Virus record (IMG/VR): IMGVR_UViG_3300032321_001536
From: a virus
Length of the DNA: 64,000 nt
Direction: 5' to 3' (one strand)
Each line of letters starts with the position of its first letter. The stretch's first letter is position 1. Both the position numbers and the translations under genes were made by a program. Shown piece after piece: positions 19,858 through 28,897 of this stretch. The notes beneath the pieces were generated by a model. The model made no database searches, was not told the origin of the DNA, and saw only the letters and a list, made by a program, of their open reading frames with translations.

Positions 19858-20087
19858 CTTAATATTTTATTTATTTTTTTATTTATCCATTCTTCTTTTG
19901 TAAAGAAGATAGTTCCAAAATCCACATAATGTATTCTAAAAATACGATTTTGTTTATTTACAGTGTATAACCTGTAGGAATAGTGTGAGTAAACAGTTAC
20001 TAAATCTCCTTCTTCAAAGAAGTCTTTTACTTTCTTACAGTAGTATTTTCCGTAAAATTTAGAATTCAGTTTTAGTAATTCATCCAC
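19854..20087 (-). CDS. hypothetical protein (77 aa, GTG start)
   Basis: ORF between galE and dehydrogenase. Confidence 0.4.
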   Translation of the reverse strand: MDELLKLNSKFYGKYYCKKVKDFFEEGDLVTVYSHYSYRLYTVNKQNRIFRIHYVDFGTIFFTKEEWINKKINKILR

Positions 20088-20089
20088 TT

Positions 20090-21085
20090 TTAGAATTTAT
20101 TTTTATGCCATTTCCATGCTGATGTCACCATATCTTTTACAGTTCTTGTTGGTGACCAATTGAGTATATTTCTAACCTTTGAAGAGTCTGAATATATCTC
20201 CACGACATCACCTTCTCTTCTTTCAACTATTTTGTAATTTATTTTTAAACGATTTTCTTTTTCAAATGAGTCTAAAATTTCTAAAACAGAAATACCCCAC
20301 CCTGATCCTAAATTAAAAACATCATAGTTTTTATTAGTTTCAAGAGAGTGCTCAAAAGCTAAAACGTGAGCGTCTGAGATATCGGAAACATGAATGTAAT
20401 CTCTAATACAAGTTCCATCTCTTGTTGGATAATCACCACCAAAAACATTCATTGTAGTATCTGATTCTATAGAATCACAAATAACAGGTATAATATTATT
20501 AGGTTTATTTAAAGGTGATTCTCCTATTAAACCAGACTGATGAGCACCAACCGGATTAAAGTATCTAAGTGAGATAATTTTCATATCACTTATCTTAGAG
20601 AAATCTTTGAGTATTCTTTCACCTACCAATTTAGTATAAGCGTATGGTGATTCTGGATCAGACATCGGTGAATCCTCTTTTGCTGGTAACTCTCTGAGGT
20701 TTCCATATAACGAACAAGAAGAAGAAAATACAAATGATTTGACATCAAATTTTTCAGCCGTCTCTAAAACATTTATTAAAGAATCAATGTTATTTTTATA
20801 GTATGTAAGAGGTTTTTCTACGGACTCACCAACAGCTTTAAGAGCTGCAAAATGAATAACAGAATCTATTTTATGATTTGTAAAAATATCAGATAAATCA
20901 TCTCTACAATCACAATTGACTGTGATTAATTCTTTACCAGTTATTTCTGAAATTCTATTAATAATTTCAAATCTTGAATTAGAAAAGTTATCTACTATCA
21001 CAACCTCATGTCCCTTATTTAATAATTCAACCACTGTATGTGATCCAATGTATCCAGCACCTCCTGTTACTAATATTCTTTTCAT
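20090..21085 (-). CDS. galE: UDP-glucose 4-epimerase (NAD-dependent epimerase/dehydratase)
   Basis: VTGGAGYIGSHTVVELL, YAYTK (YxxxK), 331 aa. Confidence 0.8.
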   Translation of the reverse strand: MKRILVTGGAGYIGSHTVVELLNKGHEVVIVDNFSNSRFEIINRISEITGKELITVNCDCRDDLSDIFTNHKIDSVIHFAALKAVGESVEKPLTYYKNNIDSLINVLETAEKFDVKSFVFSSSCSLYGNLRELPAKEDSPMSDPESPYAYTKLVGERILKDFSKISDMKIISLRYFNPVGAHQSGLIGESPLNKPNNIIPVICDSIESDTTMNVFGGDYPTRDGTCIRDYIHVSDISDAHVLAFEHSLETNKNYDVFNLGSGWGISVLEILDSFEKENRLKINYKIVERREGDVVEIYSDSSKVRNILNWSPTRTVKDMVTSAWKWHKNKF

Positions 21086-21540
21086 AATTTAGTTATGATA
21101 TCAGACAGATATTCACCTTTATTCAACTCAACTTTATTACAACCTGATTGATTTTCTAATTCATTCATCCAATTATCCCAATTACTTTTGAGTAATTCTA
21201 CAAACTTACCATCATTACCTCTATCAATATATCTTTGGATATATTCATCTTTGATATCTTTTTTAGGATAAACTAATGTAAAATTAATACCTTGATTTTG
21301 TAAAGCATCTCTTACTTCTTTGTGAGAAGAAACTAAAATAATATCAGCGTCTCCAATGTTGGATTTGATGTGATTTATATAGTTTTCTGGAAACTGAGAC
21401 TTATCAAATGTTGAAGAGTCACTGTCTAATATTTTTTTATCACCTTTATTTCTAAATAGGTGTGATTTTCCACAACCAGGAAAAGCAGATACAACTAAAG
21501 TATCAACTGCAGAATGTTCATTAAACTTCTTGACTTTCAT
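21082..21540 (-). CDS. small P-loop NTPase/kinase-like protein
   Basis: Walker A SAFPGCGKSH; start taken at ATG 21540. Confidence 0.5.
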   Translation of the reverse strand: MKVKKFNEHSAVDTLVVSAFPGCGKSHLFRNKGDKKILDSDSSTFDKSQFPENYINHIKSNIGDADIILVSSHKEVRDALQNQGINFTLVYPKKDIKDEYIQRYIDRGNDGKFVELLKSNWDNWMNELENQSGCNKVELNKGEYLSDIITKL

Positions 21541-22024
21541 TTTCAATTATTTTTTTTAAATCAGTTGGAGAATAGTTTACAGACTTTAGAACCTTATTAT
21601 CAGATAATCGGTATACTACAAATTTATTATCAACTTTTTTGTAAACACTTTCAAAACCTTGTGTTTTTTTGTAATGTGAAATAGTTTCGATGGCTTCTTG
21701 CATAGTTTCACATGCTTTAGACATATTACTTCTTTGAACATCATCAAATAGTTGGTCAAATTTTTCACTTAAACCAAATTCTAAAACAGATCCTGATAAC
21801 ACATATTGTAAATCACAAAGTGCATCTGCTATCTCAACCAAGTCTTTATTTTTTATTGCTTCACTTAATTCATTTAATTCTTCTTGTAAAAGATTTACTC
21901 TTAGTTGACATCTTTCTTCAGATGGAATTTCAGGTTTATCTAAAACAGGAACATTAAATGTTTTGTGAAAGTCAGAAACTTTAGATAAATAACTCATAAT
22001 TATTTTTTTATTTTTTATATTCAA
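21521..22024 (-). CDS. MazG-like nucleoside triphosphate pyrophosphohydrolase
   Basis: EERCQLRVNLLQEELNELSEA...EIADALCDLQYVL pattern of phage MazG. Confidence 0.6.
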   Translation of the reverse strand: MNIKNKKIIMSYLSKVSDFHKTFNVPVLDKPEIPSEERCQLRVNLLQEELNELSEAIKNKDLVEIADALCDLQYVLSGSVLEFGLSEKFDQLFDDVQRSNMSKACETMQEAIETISHYKKTQGFESVYKKVDNKFVVYRLSDNKVLKSVNYSPTDLKKIIENESQEV

Positions 22025-22037
22025 AAGTTAATATATA
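22024..22037. promoter_or_regulatory. AAAGTTAATATATA motif in divergent intergenic region (promoter-like)
   Basis: identical 14-mer recurs at 41756..41769; related TTAATATATA at several other gene starts. Confidence 0.3.
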
Positions 22038-22060
22038 GTTTGTAAAAACAATTTATTTAT

Positions 22061-23257
22061 ATGAAACATTTAAGAGGATATGAGAAATTCAAAGAGAGTA
22101 GGAAAATATCCGAAAACTTAAATCCAGTTAACGAAGAAATCCTCGGTTTAAAATTATTCGGGGGATTGAAGGAATTATTCGGTAAGATTTGGGACCAAGC
22201 AGTTGCTGGTATGAAGAAGCAATTAGGTAAGAATCCAGAACCAGAGAAAATAAAAGTATATCTTGACCAAAATATTTTAGACCCAAATAAACCAACTTTC
22301 ATATTCAAAAAGTTAATAGAAGACTTTAAAAATAAAGTAGAAACAAAGGAAGACGGACAAAAAACACCAGACCAGAAATGTTTAGAATTGGTTGGGAAAA
22401 TATTAGACCCAGTATCTGGTGCTTTAGGAAGTGGTCCAAAATCAAGTCTTCAACAATTATATGATGACTTATTGAAAAACTTTGGTAAAGAAACACCAAC
22501 TTTGGATATAGTAAAATACTATTTAGAGACTATAAGAAATAGAGCAATTAAGGATTATAAATATGCAAAAGGACCTGATTTAAAAGTCGGAAAACCAGTG
22601 GTAATAAATCCAAAAGATATAAACTTTACCGTAGCAGATTTGAATCACTTACCTGATTTAAAAAAGATATTGTCTCCACAAAAAGATGAAGTAGCTAAAA
22701 GAAAAGTTACATATGAGTGGGTAACTAAAACATTTTTAGTTAGATTAGACAAATATCTTTCTGAAATCAAAAACGAAGATGTTGATAAGTATATCGAATC
22801 TGTTGGTAAAGAAGTTCCAGAAGCCGGTCCAGAAGGTGGATATAAAGCAGGTGATTCAGTAATGTATAAAAGAGATAACTGGGAAAAAAATAAAGCTCAA
22901 GATATTTGGGATAAGTTGACAGACGACGAGAAAAAGAAACCTAACGAAGGAAAACTTAAAGAATTGATAGATAACGAATCAATTGGTATTAAAGTCATTA
23001 AAACTGTTGAGAAAGATTTTGTTAGATTTACTGATGTTGATTGGGTAAAAGATAACGAAGAAATTCTTGGTAAAGTAGAAGCTAAGGTAGAAGGACAAGA
23101 TGATTTAGTAACTACACTTAAAGATGTTAAAACTAAAAATCCAGAAGCAATTAAAAAACTTGATAATATTGCTAAAATTTATCAAGAGCCAGATAAGAAC
23201 AAAGATAAAATTGCCGAGATTGATAAATTAATCGGTGGAGAAGAAGAAGGTAAGTAA
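22061..23257 (+). CDS. K/E-rich hypothetical protein (398 aa)
   Basis: long ORF. Confidence 0.55.
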   Translation: MKHLRGYEKFKESRKISENLNPVNEEILGLKLFGGLKELFGKIWDQAVAGMKKQLGKNPEPEKIKVYLDQNILDPNKPTFIFKKLIEDFKNKVETKEDGQKTPDQKCLELVGKILDPVSGALGSGPKSSLQQLYDDLLKNFGKETPTLDIVKYYLETIRNRAIKDYKYAKGPDLKVGKPVVINPKDINFTVADLNHLPDLKKILSPQKDEVAKRKVTYEWVTKTFLVRLDKYLSEIKNEDVDKYIESVGKEVPEAGPEGGYKAGDSVMYKRDNWEKNKAQDIWDKLTDDEKKKPNEGKLKELIDNESIGIKVIKTVEKDFVRFTDVDWVKDNEEILGKVEAKVEGQDDLVTTLKDVKTKNPEAIKKLDNIAKIYQEPDKNKDKIAEIDKLIGGEEEGK

Positions 23258-23301
23258 GACAATTTGATATTTAATATATATCAAAAATACCTCAAATCAA
23301 T

Positions 23302-24795
23302 ATGTTTAATAATTGGTATCGTACAAGAAAGGCTCCAGGGCCAAGTGCTAGTTTCTATGAAAGACAACTTGCTAAATTAAATTTGAGGATTGAAAAAATC
23401 ACACTCAAGGGTAGAGACAATTATTTAGACTTTTCAAAGTTAATTGATGAAATGGTTGAAAAAGGCCAATGGTCTTTATTTGAACAATGTGTTTATTACT
23501 ATTATGGAATCTCACTTCAAAATATTCAATCTATAGACTCTGTAAAGAAATCTACTTGGAGAGAAATCTGTTTTCAAACTAATACTTCTTTTTTAGTTAA
23601 ACTAAAAAAACTATACGATAATAATGATGTTTATCAAATCGGATATGATATCTATTCTAATAAAAAAGACTTTTTACAATTAGATTTGTCAAACCCACTT
23701 TCTGTTACTTATTCAGTAACTAATTATTCCAGTTCTTTTGATATATCAAGAGTTGGTGATGTTATATACATGAATCTGATTGAAAAAAATGTTAATTATG
23801 TTAGTATAGAAAGAGCAGATTGGGTTTTAAGTGATGGTGTTGAAATTCCAATTAATAAATCTTTTCTACAAGACTTTTTTATTGGAACACAATCTAATCA
23901 GATAAACCCAAACACATCAATAAAATTAGAAATTCCAACTGATGTGGTCCGAGACTATGTTATCTATACAGAAGAAAGACAAAATCTTTTAAGAGATTTT
24001 ATTGATAATACAGCTACTGGTTCATTTATATCAAGTCCATTAGGAGTTGGTTCTGCTTCTTGGGCAAGTATGTCACAAGCAAGAAATTACATTATTGATG
24101 TTTCAACTTTTAGTAGTTTTGAGTCAGTAATACCAGGATATGGAACAGTTAGTTTAGGAAACGATTCTTCATTTACCTATATCAATGGTTTATCAGCGTC
24201 AACATTATATAATTGGAGGGTAAGAACACAGTTTTCATATCTCGAGACATTTACTTCAAGTGTTTCTGGATCCGGAACAGCATCTTGGGCAGTTGATCCT
24301 ACTGTAAGTTCATACATCGTTGATGTTTCAACATATAGTTCACTTGAAAGTTTTCTTCCAGATTTTCAAAATATTATATTAGGAACAACAACAGAAGAAC
24401 CATCTTATATTATATCAGGAAGTGGATCTACGTTTACAGCGTCTTTTGGTCTAAGTGGATTATCAGCTTCAACTAAATTTTATGTTAGGATTCAAAAACT
24501 TGTAGGTAAATTCGCATATCTAAATTATAAATTAGACTTATTTAAAGACCCTTATTTAGGTAAAATTATTGAAAGAGAAGTTTTTACAGAAGACTCAAGA
24601 TATTTGGTTCAGAATAAAAGATTTTCAAGTTTAGTAGGAGCCAGAAAAACCTATTTAGAAGTTCATAAAAAGAACATATTAATGCCTTCAGGTTATGCAA
24701 CTGCTTCAATCTTTGCTTATGACGACTTATTTTTTACAGAAGATTCGAATCTACTAACAAGATACACACAAGCTATAAATTATTTAAACTCTTAG
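23302..24795 (+). CDS. S/T-rich protein with two tandem fibronectin type III-like repeats (structural/decoration-like)
   Basis: repeats SASWASMSQARNYIIDVSTFSSFES...GLSASTLYNWRVRTQ and TASWAVDPTVSSYIVDVSTYSSLES...GLSASTKFYVRIQ. Confidence 0.55.
   Translation: MFNNWYRTRKAPGPSASFYERQLAKLNLRIEKITLKGRDNYLDFSKLIDEMVEKGQWSLFEQCVYYYYGISLQNIQSIDSVKKSTWREICFQTNTSFLVKLKKLYDNNDVYQIGYDIYSNKKDFLQLDLSNPLSVTYSVTNYSSSFDISRVGDVIYMNLIEKNVNYVSIERADWVLSDGVEIPINKSFLQDFFIGTQSNQINPNTSIKLEIPTDVVRDYVIYTEERQNLLRDFIDNTATGSFISSPLGVGSASWASMSQARNYIIDVSTFSSFESVIPGYGTVSLGNDSSFTYINGLSASTLYNWRVRTQFSYLETFTSSVSGSGTASWAVDPTVSSYIVDVSTYSSLESFLPDFQNIILGTTTEEPSYIISGSGSTFTASFGLSGLSASTKFYVRIQKLVGKFAYLNYKLDLFKDPYLGKIIEREVFTEDSRYLVQNKRFSSLVGARKTYLEVHKKNILMPSGYATASIFAYDDLFFTEDSNLLTRYTQAINYLNS
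24028..24495 (+). repeat. intragenic tandem duplication encoding two FN3-like modules (~75 aa each)
   Basis: protein-level repeat seen in translation. Confidence 0.4.
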
Positions 24796-24829
24796 TTATT
24801 TTCTTATATAATAAGAAAAAGTTAATCAA

Positions 24830-25318
24830 ATGGAATTAAGAATCGTAGATTTTGAAAAATTATCTGTTCACTACAAAAAGTATAGAGATGGTTTAAATAT
24901 ACTTGAGTTTACCAAAGACGAATATTTAAAACAAATTGAACCACTTAAAAAAGAAATGAATGCTATTATTGCTTCAATGCAAAGTGGTTTAGTTATGGAC
25001 AATAGAACTCAAAAAGAAAAAGCTGAGAGATTCCAATCTCTACAGGAGCAAGTAGCTTCAATTGATAAAGATGCTACAACTCAACTCTCTAAATTTAGAG
25101 ACAAAATGACAAAAGAAGTTTATGCTGAAATGGAAGAGATTATTACCGATTGGTCTAAGTCAAACAATATAGATTTAGTTATGGGTAAAATTGAATCTGT
25201 TTATGTCAAAGAAGAATTTGAAATCACCGATTCTATTGTAGAAGTTTTTAAATCTAAAGGACTCTATGTAGAACTAATCGAGGAACAATTATTGGAAGAA
25301 AATGAAAAAGAGAGTTAA
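24830..25318 (+). CDS. hypothetical protein (162 aa)
   Basis: ORF; terminator overlaps stop. Confidence 0.5.
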   Translation: MELRIVDFEKLSVHYKKYRDGLNILEFTKDEYLKQIEPLKKEMNAIIASMQSGLVMDNRTQKEKAERFQSLQEQVASIDKDATTQLSKFRDKMTKEVYAEMEEIITDWSKSNNIDLVMGKIESVYVKEEFEITDSIVEVFKSKGLYVELIEEQLLEENEKES

Positions 25319-25336
25319 AAACTCTCTTTTTTTTTA
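25309..25336. terminator. bidirectional rho-independent terminator (agagagtt aaa aactctct + T9, A-run upstream)
   Basis: 8-bp perfect stem, T-run on + and A-run giving T-run on -. Confidence 0.65.
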
Positions 25337-26107
25337 TTAAACATTTTCAGACTCTAAAGCTATTTTTAATTTATCTCTCATATCAACAACTTTAAATAAC
25401 TCAGCTTCTTCATCACCAGGTCCAATGTGTACTAAGTAAGCACCACCAACTTCAAATCCCCACTCTTCTAATATAAGTGCATATAAAGACAACTGTATTG
25501 AATATTCATTAAGATGGTTTTTCCAATGGTCGTCAAAAGGTTCCAATAACTTTTCATATCTTCCTTTTTCGTGATCGTCAAATGTGAATTGTTTATTAGT
25601 TTTCCAATCAAGTATAAATATTTTACCTTTGTAGAAAAACAAAGAGTCTATCATTCCAGCAATTTTCCATTTTTTTGAAAAAACTCTAACTTCAAATTTT
25701 ACCGGTTCTAATCTATGTAAGTGTTTAGCAAATACTTTATTGAATTTGTTTATACGGTGAATTAAATCTAAGTTAGATGGAATTGGATTCCAGATTTGAT
25801 TAAAATAATCTTCTATCCATTGGTGAGTATCTGTTCCTACCTCGTTAGCGTAATCGTTTAGTTTTTTCCAATCATTGAGTATTTCTTCTTGTGAAACACC
25901 TGCTTGTTCAGCCTTTTTCTTTGACCAGAAATCTGTTTCGAATGGTTTGTGAAACTTCTGAATAAACTTAGTTACCGAAATAAACTGTTCACCGTGGTAA
26001 GTATATTTGTGAAATTTAGGATCGAATTTGAACTCAGTGTCGTTAAAACAATCTAGTTGTTGTAAAATTAATTCTTTCATATCTTTTTTATATATAGAAA
26101 AAAACAT
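25337..26107 (-). CDS. PD-(D/E)XK nuclease, RecB/Cas4-like fold without Cas4 cysteine cluster
   Basis: GMIDSLFF...ILDWKT (D...D-x-K), QLSLYALIL (QxxxY); ATG at 26107 preferred over TTG 26116. Confidence 0.65.
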   Translation of the reverse strand: MFFSIYKKDMKELILQQLDCFNDTEFKFDPKFHKYTYHGEQFISVTKFIQKFHKPFETDFWSKKKAEQAGVSQEEILNDWKKLNDYANEVGTDTHQWIEDYFNQIWNPIPSNLDLIHRINKFNKVFAKHLHRLEPVKFEVRVFSKKWKIAGMIDSLFFYKGKIFILDWKTNKQFTFDDHEKGRYEKLLEPFDDHWKNHLNEYSIQLSLYALILEEWGFEVGGAYLVHIGPGDEEAELFKVVDMRDKLKIALESENV

Positions 26108-26151
26108 TTGTTTCAATGTATTTTACTTAAAAGATGATTATACTATAAATC

Positions 26152-26181
26152 AAAAAAGAGACCTAAGGTCTCTTTTTTTTT
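26152..26181. terminator. bidirectional terminator (agagacc taa ggtctct flanked by A6 and T9)
   Basis: 7-bp GC-rich stem with 3-nt loop. Confidence 0.7.
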
Positions 26182-27472
26182 ATTCTTCAGTTGTTGTTTC
26201 TTGTGAAATGTAATCATTGCTGATTTGACTTAGAATTCTTTCATATACTCGGTGAATATCATCTCCAGTAGATCGTTCAAATAAACTTGTTAATTCACTA
26301 ATTGACCTATTTGGTTGTCTACGACGAGTTTCTCTTTCTTCAATTTCTTTAACTCTATTTTGAATTCTATCATTATCATTTAGATGAGCTTTGTCTCCAC
26401 CAAAAACGTAATCTCTGATATCTTCTCTCCACTCAGCATGTTCTGATAAAATATATTGGTCAAGAATATCTGAGTAATTACATCTATCTGGATGAGCTGT
26501 CATATCAAGATACTCCAGTCTGACTGTTTCTCCTCTGTGTCGATATACTTTATCATAATCATCAAAAACTAAGTAGTTCCAATCATATTTACTACCATCC
26601 GAAGAACAAAGTGTATAATGGTCTCTGCCTTCTGGTCTAAAGTTAGAAAGAACACCAGTGTCAGGGTTAAAGAATTTAAAAGTATCCATATAAGGATAGT
26701 GTCTAAAATCAGAGTTTTCTAACTTAATCTCAAGTCTTAGGACTTTTTTATCTGAGCCTAACTTTTCAAATTGAATAGAGTTATACCAGTTTTGTTGACA
26801 TTTGAATAGGTATCCGTTTTCAGTTGCCCACTTTTTAAAGTAAAAAGGTAACTGTTCATCATTAATAGTATAGATTCTATCCATAATTTTATTACCGTCA
26901 AAGTTCCAAAGAAGTGCTCGACCCATAATATTACCTGATGTATTCAACATAGCAATCATTGAAATTTTATCTGGATTTTCAACATATAGATTAAACATCT
27001 TTTGACAACTTTCGTATCGCATACATGAAACACCAAGACTACCATAGTCACTTGCATGATATTCGTAATAGTAATATCGTCTGATATCTTCACCTTTCAT
27101 AATTTGAAAAGTGAATTGTGGTTTCTTAGACTCAGCTCTAAACAAGTTTGAGAAAACTTCAATGTCCTTTGCTGACATATTTTTGAATATCTTTGTAACG
27201 AAACCACCTGGTTTTACATGAAATCTTCGACCAGATGTCCAGTAGGTATCCTGTTCGATTTGTCCCATACGCTCACTAGTGAGATAAGAGATACGGCCAG
27301 AATCTTGTGAGGAAACTGAAATGAAATTTACAGGGTCGTCTGCTAAATCTTCTTTAGAATGTCGTCTTCTCAAAAGTAAATCAGCTACAACCGATTCATC
27401 TTTTATTTGTTCAAGAATATCTCTAAGTTCATCAGAGATAAATAAATCGTAGGTCTTTCTTTCGTATGGCAT
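26180..27472 (-). CDS. hypothetical protein (430 aa)
   Basis: long ORF. Confidence 0.55.
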   Translation of the reverse strand: MPYERKTYDLFISDELRDILEQIKDESVVADLLLRRRHSKEDLADDPVNFISVSSQDSGRISYLTSERMGQIEQDTYWTSGRRFHVKPGGFVTKIFKNMSAKDIEVFSNLFRAESKKPQFTFQIMKGEDIRRYYYYEYHASDYGSLGVSCMRYESCQKMFNLYVENPDKISMIAMLNTSGNIMGRALLWNFDGNKIMDRIYTINDEQLPFYFKKWATENGYLFKCQQNWYNSIQFEKLGSDKKVLRLEIKLENSDFRHYPYMDTFKFFNPDTGVLSNFRPEGRDHYTLCSSDGSKYDWNYLVFDDYDKVYRHRGETVRLEYLDMTAHPDRCNYSDILDQYILSEHAEWREDIRDYVFGGDKAHLNDNDRIQNRVKEIEERETRRRQPNRSISELTSLFERSTGDDIHRVYERILSQISNDYISQETTTEE

Positions 27473-27522
27473 AAAATTTTGTTTTGTTTTACAAATATAA
27501 CGATAAATATCTGAAATAAAAA

Positions 27523-28005
27523 TTAAATATTGTTAAATGTTAAAATTCTGACTTCTTTATTGTTGTGTAGTTTTTTTATTGAGTAGTAGAGTTTTTGACC
27601 TTCGTGTGTTAAATCACGAAAAGAACAAACCCATTGAACTCCGTCTTTGAATTCATAAGAGTTTTCATTCCAACCTAAACAAATACAAGTAGTTAGTGGA
27701 ATAGATTGCTGAATATCTGATATTGAGTTAGGAAAATATCTCATTTCAAATTCGTTATTGTCGATTTGTTCGGATATTAATTCATCAATTGAAATAGTTT
27801 GAAAGTTCTTTCTTATTGAAACATCATCTGAAACTAAATTTCCTTGTAGATTTAATCTACAATTAGAAAGCAAGTAAGGCTTATTTGCCAAATCTTGAAC
27901 ATCAAAAGCTACTAAATAGATGAATGTCTTATCACCATCAATTCTATCAATAAATTTACCAGGTATTGGAAAGTTAACAAATCCGGTGTTATCTTCTCTT
28001 AACAT
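27523..28005 (-). CDS. hypothetical protein (160 aa)
   Basis: ORF. Confidence 0.5.
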   Translation of the reverse strand: MLREDNTGFVNFPIPGKFIDRIDGDKTFIYLVAFDVQDLANKPYLLSNCRLNLQGNLVSDDVSIRKNFQTISIDELISEQIDNNEFEMRYFPNSISDIQQSIPLTTCICLGWNENSYEFKDGVQWVCSFRDLTHEGQKLYYSIKKLHNNKEVRILTFNNI

Positions 28006-28856
28006 ATTCCAAGTGCCTCCAACACATTATTACGGACAGCCCATTGTGTAATCTTCATAATACGGTCTGTTTCATTTTTAATAACATGTGAGTCTTGTCG
28101 ATTAAACAATCTCATATAACAACCAAATACCCAGAAAGCATCTAAGTAAAAGTCTTCTTTAACTTCTTTCATTCTTTCAGAGTCAGTATATAATTGAGAA
28201 CGTTGTTCTTTAGTAAGTTTGATAAGACCATCACTATCAGCGTAACGAATAGAGTTCTTAAACGCGTCAAACTTACGGTGATTAACTTGTGGAACTTCTT
28301 CTTTGTCTCCTAAAATTACCTGACGGATTTTAGAGAACTGAATACGGTGACCAATTAAGTTTGTAAGAGCTTCAATTTGCTCATCAAATGTTTCACCAGT
28401 AAGACCTTTGGAAGCATCTTCTGCTGCAACATTAACACCAGTTAAGTGTTTCTTAGACAAACCAACATTGTTGGCTCCAATGTAATAATAGTTTTGAGAA
28501 TGAAGACCAGCATAAAAACTAAGTCTTCGAGATTTGTCAGTTGAATTAAGAATGTAAAAGGATTTGTAGAAATCAACTCCACCAATATTTACCTTATCTG
28601 AAATAAGTTGAAGTGATTGCTGACCTTTTCTAATAGTGAGTTGATATTTAGAAATGGTAAAGTTTTGCTCAATGAGTTCAATCTTTTCTTTTAAGTATTT
28701 GGCAATATCAAATACTTCGTATCTATTCGATACGTTTGCTACTTGAGTTACTTTACCACCATACTTGGTGATAACTTGGCCATTAACTTTTTCTACTTCG
28801 ATTTTGTCAATGTAATTAAACAGTTCTTCTTTGTTGTATATTCTAAATCCTCTCAT
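27999..28856 (-). CDS. hypothetical protein (285 aa)
   Basis: ORF, 7-nt overlap with downstream gene. Confidence 0.5.
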   Translation of the reverse strand: MRGFRIYNKEELFNYIDKIEVEKVNGQVITKYGGKVTQVANVSNRYEVFDIAKYLKEKIELIEQNFTISKYQLTIRKGQQSLQLISDKVNIGGVDFYKSFYILNSTDKSRRLSFYAGLHSQNYYYIGANNVGLSKKHLTGVNVAAEDASKGLTGETFDEQIEALTNLIGHRIQFSKIRQVILGDKEEVPQVNHRKFDAFKNSIRYADSDGLIKLTKEQRSQLYTDSERMKEVKEDFYLDAFWVFGCYMRLFNRQDSHVIKNETDRIMKITQWAVRNNVLEALGIC

Positions 28857-28897
28857 AAGACAAATATAATAATCTTTTTTAATATATACAATTGGAT

